Source of the DNA: an uncultured Pseudomonadales bacterium
GTDB lineage: Bacteria > Patescibacteriota > Microgenomatia > UBA1400 > PJMF01
NCBI GenBank assembly: GCA_964633875.1
Contig: CAZWKL010000001.1
Location: 117,530-181,529 of the forward strand
Length of the DNA stretch: 64,000 nt
Direction of reading: 5' to 3'
Under the pieces are notes generated by a model. The model ran no database searches. It was not told the origin of the DNA and saw only the letters and a list, made by a program, of their open reading frames with translations. Positions 56,840 to 64,000 of the stretch are shown one piece after another (within the stretch, counting starts at the first letter, position 1; each line of letters begins with the position of its first letter). A program made the position numbers and the translations under genes.

Positions 56840-58384
56840 ATGCAAAAATATTTTTTGAGGGTCGGAAAGACAATCTCTGGTTTTACCATTTATGATTGGC
56901 TGGCTATTGGTCTGATAGCAATTGGCGCTTTTCTCAGACTGTACAACCTTGAGAACTCTCAGCAGTTTTTGGGTGATCAGGGTAGAGATTCGATGGTGGT
57001 TTCGCGCATTTTCAAGGAGGGAGATTTGGTTTTCATTGGCCCGGTGACCAGTGTTGGCAATATGTACTTGGGGCCGATTTATTATTATTTTATGCTGCCT
57101 TTTTTATGGCTGAGCTATCCCAGTCCTATGGGGCCAATTTATGCCATGGCAATTTTAGGAACGGTAACTATTGGCGTGTTGTATTGGGTGGGCAAGAAAA
57201 TGTTTGGTGAAAGGGCGGCGCTGGCGGCGACTCTAATGTTTACTTTTTCCAGTGCGGTAGTGGTGCATTCCAGGTTCAGCTGGAATCCCAACCCAGCGCC
57301 GCTGCCCTCAATTCTAATGTTCTATTTTATTTACCTTGCCTGGAAGAAAAGTTCAGTTTATTGGCTAGCGGCTGCAACCATGTTTAGTATTCTTTTGCAA
57401 CTTCACTATGTAGCCTTACTGGCAGGAGGAGTAATCGGTGTTATTTGGCTCACCTCTTTAATTCAGCAAATTCGCCAAAAAAAACCAATCAAAAAGTTGT
57501 TTCTTCATACCTTTGGCGCTGTCGCTATTGTGCTGTTGTTTTTTCTACCTCTCCTTTTGTTTGATCTGAAAAATAACTGGTTAAATTTTCAGGCTTTGCA
57601 AAATTTATTCACTGCTGAAGAAGCTTTTGAGGCCAGTCGTCCACCCGGAATCATCGATAAAACCATTGATATAGCCAGAGATTTTCGCAGTCGCGCTGCT
57701 TTGGTATTACTGAGCACTTATTTTGGGATGGTTAAAGCCAGAACCACTGTTTTAATATCAATTGTTGTGGCTGGAACGTTTTGGCTGAGCAAAAATCAAA
57801 AATCAAAAAAATTTGCCCCCACCTTGATTCTTTTGATCTATATTTTCATTACTATTCTAGGTTTGGCTTTTTATAATGGCAACGTTTACACCCACTATAT
57901 TTCATTTATTTTTCCCGCAGTCTTTCTTTTTTTTGGTGTGCTGTTTGATTATTTCATTAAGCTTAATAAATACTTAGGCTGGAGTATTTTTTTAGCCGTT
58001 ATGGCGGTGTTTTTGAGCTACAATCTCAACACAATGCCTTTTCAAGATGCTGGCTGGAAGTTGAGCGACATCAGCAGGACGGCTGATACCATTGCGGAAC
58101 GAGTAGAGCCTGGTGAAAGTTACAACATTGTGCTGCTTTCCGAAACTCAAGATTTGTACGGCCAAAATTATCGTTATTTTCTAACCACCAAAAAAGGTAA
58201 GGAACCGATCAACCCCGAACGTCCTGTAGAAACTAGCAAGTTGTTTATTATTAATGAACAAAAAGTGGCTGAGGACGTGGTCAATCTCCCTATCTACGAA
58301 ATTCAAATTTTTCCCAGCAAAGAACCGGTGGAAATTTATCAAGTGGAAGACGGCCCAGACATTTATGTGCTGGAAACGAAATAG
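56840..58384 (+). CDS. GT-C membrane glycosyltransferase (GT39/ArnT-like)
   Basis: FLGDQGRD, GP..YY, SRFSWNPN, QLHY; many TMs. Confidence 0.85.
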   Translation: MQKYFLRVGKTISGFTIYDWLAIGLIAIGAFLRLYNLENSQQFLGDQGRDSMVVSRIFKEGDLVFIGPVTSVGNMYLGPIYYYFMLPFLWLSYPSPMGPIYAMAILGTVTIGVLYWVGKKMFGERAALAATLMFTFSSAVVVHSRFSWNPNPAPLPSILMFYFIYLAWKKSSVYWLAAATMFSILLQLHYVALLAGGVIGVIWLTSLIQQIRQKKPIKKLFLHTFGAVAIVLLFFLPLLLFDLKNNWLNFQALQNLFTAEEAFEASRPPGIIDKTIDIARDFRSRAALVLLSTYFGMVKARTTVLISIVVAGTFWLSKNQKSKKFAPTLILLIYIFITILGLAFYNGNVYTHYISFIFPAVFLFFGVLFDYFIKLNKYLGWSIFLAVMAVFLSYNLNTMPFQDAGWKLSDISRTADTIAERVEPGESYNIVLLSETQDLYGQNYRYFLTTKKGKEPINPERPVETSKLFIINEQKVAEDVVNLPIYEIQIFPSKEPVEIYQVEDGPDIYVLETK

Positions 58385-58399
58385 TGTATGATAAAAAAC

Positions 58400-59170
58400 A
58401 TGAATCCCTATTTGTCTGTAGTAATCCCGTCTTATAACGAGAAACCCAACCTGGAAAAAGGGGTTTTAAATGAAGTTTTAGAGTACTTGCGCCGGCAAAA
58501 TTACCAGTGGGAAATTATCTTGAGTGATGATGGCTCAACTGATGGAACGCTGGAAGCGCTCCGCAAATTTGCTAAAGGCCAGCCTAATATCAAAGTTCAA
58601 GCTAATGTTCACGCAGGTAAAGCGCCCACAGTTAAAGCAGGCATGCTGGCTGCTTCTGGCCAATGGCGACTTTTTACCGATTTTGACCAATCCACACCCA
58701 TTAGCGAAGTAGAGAACCTGCTTGATTACGCCCGGCGCGGCTTTGATGTAGTCATTGGTTCCAGAGAGATGATTGGAGCCAAGCGCGACAAAGAGCCTTT
58801 TCACCGGCATTTAATGGGTCGAGGCTTCAACATTTTGGTGCAAATTTTGGCAGTACCCGGATTTTTGGATACTCAGTGCGGCTTTAAACTATTTTCCGCG
58901 GCGGCCACCGAAAAACTGTTTCACAGCCTTTATATTTACGGCGATCAAAAAGAGCGCAAAGATGCCTTTACTGGCGCTTTTGACGTGGAGTTGCTTTATT
59001 TAGCCAGAAAATTTAATTATAAAATTCGCGAAGTACCAATTTTTTGGAAACACAACGAAACCGATCGAGTCAGTCCAATTAAGGATTCGGTGCGGATGCT
59101 TCGTGACATTATGCGCATTAGAATTGCTGATATATCCGGAAAATATCATGAAAATGACAAAAGTCGTTAA
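58400..59170 (+). CDS. Dolichyl/polyprenyl-phosphate beta-glucosyltransferase-like GT2
   Basis: VIPSYNE, DDGSTD, DFDQST, DTQCGFKLF, FDVELL, EVPI.W. Confidence 0.9.
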   Translation: MNPYLSVVIPSYNEKPNLEKGVLNEVLEYLRRQNYQWEIILSDDGSTDGTLEALRKFAKGQPNIKVQANVHAGKAPTVKAGMLAASGQWRLFTDFDQSTPISEVENLLDYARRGFDVVIGSREMIGAKRDKEPFHRHLMGRGFNILVQILAVPGFLDTQCGFKLFSAAATEKLFHSLYIYGDQKERKDAFTGAFDVELLYLARKFNYKIREVPIFWKHNETDRVSPIKDSVRMLRDIMRIRIADISGKYHENDKSR

Positions 59171-60410
59171 GTACGGATTTTTATATTTTATTGCTTTAGT
59201 TTTTTTCAGTCTTTTTTCTTATTCGTTGACCGATCCCAACTTGGTTTTGTTGAATCATCCCGGATATTGGCAGTTCCAGCAAATGATGTGGCAGACCTTT
59301 TTTGCAAATAGACAACTGTTGGCTGCCAGTTACTTGATTTTACTTACTTTTTTATTTGTCATTTATTTTTTCTTAATCAAAGCTCTGCGGGCAGTTCAGC
59401 AAAAAATTCCGCTTCATCGGCAAATTATTGTTTACTTTTTGCTTATTTCTCCGCTGGTGTTTGCTTATAACGCCCTCTCTCATGATGTTTTTAACTACAT
59501 CTTTAATGCCAGAATGATGGTTGAGTACGGCGCGGATCCGCACCTCCACACCGCCATTGAGTTCCCCAACGATCTCTGGACCAGATTTATGCATAATACT
59601 CACACCCCCGCGCCGTACGGTCGAGGCTGGACGCTGCTGTCACTACTGCCTTACAGCTTAGGGCTGGGCAAGTTTTTTCTAACCTGGTTGTCTTTCCGGT
59701 TTTTTGCCTTGATCAGCATCATCCTCACTTTTTTTGCTGTTCGTTTCTTTAGCTTGAAAGTATTGGGCAAAGAGCCAAAACTTTGGCTGCTGGCGGCCCT
59801 GTTTTTAAACCCGCTTTTGATTATTGAAGTGGGGGCCAACCAACACAATGACCTCTGGATGATGGCTCCGGCAGTTGCCGGTTTAGGAGCGCTGATTTTT
59901 GCTCTAAAACAAAAAAAGCCGAACTATCAATATTTAGTGGCTGGCTTATTACTTTGGGGAGTATCAATTTATCTCAAACTGGCAACCGTGGTTTTAGCTC
60001 CGCTAGTGATCGTGACCGTATTAATCTGGTATCTAAAAACCAAACTGGCCCGCAGTGATTTTTTATTGACAACGCTCAAATCATTTTTAGCTAAAATTTA
60101 CCCCTACTTTCCGGATCTGGCCGTTATTTTATTATTCATGCTGCTTTTCACCAACCGCTCACAACAGTTTCACCCCTGGTACTTACTATGGATTCTGCCT
60201 TGGTTGCCACTGGTTAAAACTGGCTTATTGAGAGTTTTAATCTTGATTTTTTCCGTTACTTCAATGTGGCGCTACTTGCCGTGGTTGCTCGAAGGCGGAT
60301 TTACTCCAGACGTTTTATGGCAACAGCGGGCAATTACTTGGATAGTGCCGCTAATTTACTTGCTCATCAAACTCAACTTCCGCTTTGCCAAGCATAAACT
60401 GGTAGAATAA
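59148..60410 (+). CDS. GT-C glycosyltransferase, MptA/MptB (alpha-1,6-mannosyltransferase)-like
   Basis: SHDVFNY..DPH..PAPYG, NPLLIIE..HNDLWM, HPWY..W. Confidence 0.8.
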   Translation: MKMTKVVKYGFLYFIALVFFSLFSYSLTDPNLVLLNHPGYWQFQQMMWQTFFANRQLLAASYLILLTFLFVIYFFLIKALRAVQQKIPLHRQIIVYFLLISPLVFAYNALSHDVFNYIFNARMMVEYGADPHLHTAIEFPNDLWTRFMHNTHTPAPYGRGWTLLSLLPYSLGLGKFFLTWLSFRFFALISIILTFFAVRFFSLKVLGKEPKLWLLAALFLNPLLIIEVGANQHNDLWMMAPAVAGLGALIFALKQKKPNYQYLVAGLLLWGVSIYLKLATVVLAPLVIVTVLIWYLKTKLARSDFLLTTLKSFLAKIYPYFPDLAVILLFMLLFTNRSQQFHPWYLLWILPWLPLVKTGLLRVLILIFSVTSMWRYLPWLLEGGFTPDVLWQQRAITWIVPLIYLLIKLNFRFAKHKLVE

Positions 60411-60414
60411 AGCT

Positions 60415-61953
60415 ATGCGTCGCCACGAAATTATTATCATAGGACTTTTAGGACTGTTTTACTTGGTAACACATTTGGCAAGCTTAGACTTGCTGCCGGT
60501 TTTTGCAGACGAAGGCATTTACATTCGCTGGGCGCAAATTATCATTGATGATCCGGGCAGGTATCTCTTTTTCGCTCTTAATGATGGTAAAACACCGCTG
60601 TTTATTTGGCTGATGGTGCCATTGCTAAAATATCTTGGTGATCCTCTCATTGCTGGTAGGCTGGCCTCGGTGTTGGTGGGATTGTTGCAGTTGCCGCTGT
60701 TTTATTTACTTCTCAAAGAATTAAAAGTCAATAATAAAATCGCCTATCTTGGTACTTTGCTGGTGACAATTTTGCCTTTTTGGTATTTCCATCATCGCTT
60801 GGCCTTGATGGACGGACTGTTGACTTTGGGCATGTCGCTAGCGCTGTGGGGCGCAATCAAGGCTTCAAGAGGAAAATTTCAATTAAAAACTGCCGCCATT
60901 GTTGGTTTGGGACTCGGATTGGCGTTGTGGAGTAAGTTGCCGGCTTTGTTGGCGACGCCAACACTTTTCGCTCCGGTAATATTTAAGCACCTTAACCACC
61001 TGAAAAAATCAATTCCGGGTTTGAAAACGGTAGCGTTGGGAACAGTGATTGGTTTGATTTTATTTTTGACTCTGGCTTTACAGCCCGCTTTTGGTCAGCT
61101 TTTTAATCGGGGAGGAGACTTTTTATATCCCTTTAGTGAAGTTTTCTTGAATGGTTTGTGGCAAGAGACCTTACCAAATGTGCCGACCTACATCAATTAC
61201 TTTATTGCTTACCTGACTCCGAGCTTGATGGTCTTAGCGTTAGCTGGCTTGTTTTTATCGTATCAGCGGGAGCGAACTCACGCGCTGTTTTGGAGCGGAG
61301 TGATTTTTTGTGCTCCCATCGCGCTTTTAGGCAAGGTTGTTTACCCTCGATATTTGTTTCCGGCGGCAATTTATTTTACTTTAGCAGCAGTTGTTTCCCT
61401 TGACGCCATTTATCACTCTTGGTTTGATGAGCAGCAAGCTTCGCGCGCTAAAGAAATTAAAACCAAGTTGTTGGTTGGTGTTATTACGGCTTTGCTTTTG
61501 GCCAACACTGTTGCCTCAAGCCTGAGCTTCATGATTTATAGCCTAACTGATGTGGAAAAAATGCCTTTGGTGGCGGCGGATACCTCTCAATATCTCACTA
61601 GTTGGTCATCCGGCCATGGTCTTAAAGAAACGGCGGCTATGATCAAAGATGAGGCGCGAAGTAATAGCCTGGCGGTAGCAACAGAAGGCTATTTTGGCAC
61701 GTTACCGGATGGCTTGTTGATGTACTTCCATGACGACTATCCCAATGTTGCTATTGACGGCATTGGTCAGCCGGTGAGCGGGATTCCTAGTGAGTTTCTT
61801 GAAAATGCCGCGCGTTATGACAAGATTTGGTTAGTGGTTAACAGTCACCGTCTGAATCTTAGTCTTCCTCACCAAAACAAAATTTACGAACACTGTCGCC
61901 CCTTGAATGCCCCTTGTCTTCAGGTTTGGGACATCACTGAAATTGAATTGTAG
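60415..61953 (+). CDS. GT-C membrane glycosyltransferase (GT39-like)
   Basis: FADEGIY, DGKTPL..W, RLALMD, WSK, PRY. Confidence 0.85.
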   Translation: MRRHEIIIIGLLGLFYLVTHLASLDLLPVFADEGIYIRWAQIIIDDPGRYLFFALNDGKTPLFIWLMVPLLKYLGDPLIAGRLASVLVGLLQLPLFYLLLKELKVNNKIAYLGTLLVTILPFWYFHHRLALMDGLLTLGMSLALWGAIKASRGKFQLKTAAIVGLGLGLALWSKLPALLATPTLFAPVIFKHLNHLKKSIPGLKTVALGTVIGLILFLTLALQPAFGQLFNRGGDFLYPFSEVFLNGLWQETLPNVPTYINYFIAYLTPSLMVLALAGLFLSYQRERTHALFWSGVIFCAPIALLGKVVYPRYLFPAAIYFTLAAVVSLDAIYHSWFDEQQASRAKEIKTKLLVGVITALLLANTVASSLSFMIYSLTDVEKMPLVAADTSQYLTSWSSGHGLKETAAMIKDEARSNSLAVATEGYFGTLPDGLLMYFHDDYPNVAIDGIGQPVSGIPSEFLENAARYDKIWLVVNSHRLNLSLPHQNKIYEHCRPLNAPCLQVWDITEIEL

Positions 61954-62042
61954 CTCTACATCAATCAATATCAAAATATTAATAATTTACCCAAATGCAA
62001 TTTTAATTTATAATCTCGCACGTATAATCTGCTCATTAGAAT

Positions 62043-62762
62043 ATGGAGGTGGTCAAGCGCTATTTGCGCTACTCAACACAGCTTGCTCATTGGTTTATCA
62101 AACAGCCTTTTAAAAATAAAAAGGTTGAGGCTATTTCTATGCTGCTTTCAAGCGATACTTTCCGTCACGCTTGCAAAACTCCTATGAGTGTCTTGCTCTG
62201 CAACCTCGAGTCGGCGATGGATACTGAAGCGAATAGGGAAATTTTTCGCAGCTCCTTTTTGGCAGCCAAAAATCTGAGCTTAATTCTGGGCAACTTGGAA
62301 AATCCCAAAGCCCAAAGCGGAGTAGTGTTTGATGTGGGAGAAACGATTAAACAAGTAGTGATTTTGGTTAATAGCAAATTTCCTGGTACTAAAATTGAGT
62401 ATAAGGTTCGGGAAGCTTTGATCACGGGAAACAAATTACTTTTTCAAGAGTCGATTCAATGTTTGCTAGTCAATGCCATTGAGGCGCAGATTGACGGAGT
62501 GAACGCCAGGCCGCTGGTGATTATTAGAGAGAGAATTATCAATCATGATTTACTCAGAATTGATGTCATTGACTTTGGTAAGGGCATGAGTTTAGCTGAA
62601 CTGCGCTTAGCCAGTTTGAGAGGGATTAGTTATAAAAAGTCCGGCACCGGTTTGGGCCTGTCTTTTGCTATTGAAGCGATCGAGCAAGTTTTCGGTGGTA
62701 AAATCTGCATTTCTTCAGCTGTGGGCATGGGTACCAGGATTAAAATGGAAATACCGATTTAA
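62043..62762 (+). CDS. Sensor-less histidine kinase (HisKA + HATPase)
   Basis: H-box RHACKTP, N-box LLVNAIEA, DFGKGM, GTGLGL, GMGT. Confidence 0.85.
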   Translation: MEVVKRYLRYSTQLAHWFIKQPFKNKKVEAISMLLSSDTFRHACKTPMSVLLCNLESAMDTEANREIFRSSFLAAKNLSLILGNLENPKAQSGVVFDVGETIKQVVILVNSKFPGTKIEYKVREALITGNKLLFQESIQCLLVNAIEAQIDGVNARPLVIIRERIINHDLLRIDVIDFGKGMSLAELRLASLRGISYKKSGTGLGLSFAIEAIEQVFGGKICISSAVGMGTRIKMEIPI

Positions 62763-63433
62763 TAATTTTCGACTACAGAATAGCCAAAACCCCTAATGGT
62801 TTTGATAATTCCGGCGTATTCCTTGAGAATCACGCGAATTTTCCTGACATATGCATCAATAGTGGAGTGAGTAGGAAACCGCATTGATGAGCCCCAGATA
62901 CCTTCAATAATTTGTTCTCTGCTAATGATTTGATTTTTGCGCACCATTAAAAAGTGCAAGATTTCCGACTCCTTTTTTCTGAGCTGGCAAGTAAAACCAG
63001 GCGTGGTTACTAAGCCGGTATTTGGCGCCAAAACGATTTTTCCGGCAGAGATGGTTTGAGTATTATTAATTTTCTCTGAATGCAGCGCTTTTTGCACATA
63101 GAGCTTGAGCATTCTTTTGCTGAACGGTTTGGGTAGGTACAGATCGGCGCCATTTTTCAGTCCTTGCAGGCTATTTTCCAGATCACCAACCGTAGAAAGA
63201 ATGATAATTTTGGTGGGAAAACTGATGTCGTTGAGATACTCGGCAATTTCCAAGCCATCACCGTCATCCAGCAGCCGGTCAAGCAAAACTAAGTCAAACT
63301 TGGCTTTTTCTAACAAGTAGTAAGCAGCGTCTAAAGTGGCGGCGTGAAAAATTTCGGCCTCAAACTCTGACAGGATCATTTTTAACGTCTGGGCGAGGGT
63401 GGAATCATTCTCTACAATTAAGATTTTGTGCAT
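62759..63433 (-). CDS. OmpR/PhoB-family response regulator
   Basis: ILIVEND, LLDRLL (phospho-Asp), GADLYLPKPF, wHTH TIRGFGY. Confidence 0.93.
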   Translation of the reverse strand: MHKILIVENDSTLAQTLKMILSEFEAEIFHAATLDAAYYLLEKAKFDLVLLDRLLDDGDGLEIAEYLNDISFPTKIIILSTVGDLENSLQGLKNGADLYLPKPFSKRMLKLYVQKALHSEKINNTQTISAGKIVLAPNTGLVTTPGFTCQLRKKESEILHFLMVRKNQIISREQIIEGIWGSSMRFPTHSTIDAYVRKIRVILKEYAGIIKTIRGFGYSVVENY

Positions 63434-63593
63434 GATTGGAATAATACTGATCAACCTTGCAAAAACAAGAGAAGAATGTAAGAATTTTTTTTGATATACT
63501 CTTTTCTTCGCTTAAATTTTCTCTCTCAAACCTAACTGAAAACGCCAGAACCTAGCTAAAAAGCAAAAATTTGATAAACTATACAGGTCATAA

Positions 63594-63664
63594 TCCCGAG
63601 TAGTGAAATGGCATCACAACAGGCTCTGAACTTGTTATTCTAGGTTCGAATCCTAGCTCGGGAT
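63594..63664 (+). tRNA. tRNA-Gln(CTG)
   Basis: Acceptor TCCCGAG/CTCGGGA (U1-A72), anticodon arm ACAGG-CTCTGAA-CTTGT, T-loop TTCGAAT; CCA not encoded. Confidence 0.95.
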
Positions 63665-63796
63665 CAGTATCATTATATTTGTTGGTTTCCCAATGCAGAG
63701 CGGTTAGAATATGAGCATCAACAAACTATAGACTATCCTGTATGGTGATACTAATTTAAAAAAAATCTAAAAATAAATTAAGTAAGAAGCATTTTC

Positions 63797-64000
63797 ATGA
63801 AACTGATAAAAAGATTCTTGACCGCCCTTTTCATACTTGCCCTATCACTTTTTACTATAGGTCTAATTTATGAAAATTGGACCACTAGCAATGTTCTCAC
63901 ACCAAGCACTGATTTTAGCCATGAGATCAATACAAAAGCAGAAACGGAAGCAGAAACGGAAGCAGAAACGGAAGCAGAAACGGAAGCAGAAACGGAAGCA
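63797..64000 (+). CDS. Partial exported protein with acidic (AETE)n repeat
   Basis: MKLIKRFLTALFILALSLFTIGLIY...TKAETEAETEAETE; open to the window end. Confidence 0.7.
   Translation, partial: MKLIKRFLTALFILALSLFTIGLIYENWTTSNVLTPSTDFSHEINTKAETEAETEAETEAETEAETEA
63936..64000 (+). repeat. Perfect 12-bp tandem repeat (AAGCAGAAACGG), >=5.4 copies, truncated by window end
   Basis: Direct reading of the sequence. Confidence 0.95.

Noticed and set aside
1-64000. CRISPR array, cas genes, transposases, integrases, phage genes
   Set aside because: No repeat-spacer periodicity and no ORF with such motifs seen
1-64000. Stop-codon reassignment (code 25, as in Gracilibacteria/Absconditabacteria)
   Set aside because: Conserved genes are full length in code 11 and TGA acts as a stop (e.g. 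ATGA overlaps at secD/secF and rmd/gmd)

Overview
A gene-dense, mostly housekeeping chromosomal segment in the standard genetic code. The gene content suggests a reduced-genome Patescibacteria/CPR (Microgenomates-like) bacterium; this is inferred, not searched. It carries secG, rny, recA, a UvrD-nuclease fusion, metG, tatD, rmuC, frr, rseP, secDF, cca, recJ and aspS, plus three tRNAs (Pro-GGG, Glu-CTC, Gln-CTG). There are also two large surface-glycosylation clusters, a copper-resistance operon, a Zn-type ABC importer, a NUDIX/phosphatase cluster and a tasA-sipW-like operon. No CRISPR array, transposase or prophage was seen. The most unusual locus is 47.9-49.9 kb: a divergent 510-aa RelA/SpoT-synthetase-like protein sits behind a consensus promoter, two small uORFs and a terminator/antiterminator switch, back-to-back with a T-box-controlled aspS. 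Other notable signals are a 6S-RNA-like fold upstream of rny, a SipW/TasA-type filament operon, and -10 boxes placed just upstream of many start codons (leaderless-type genes).
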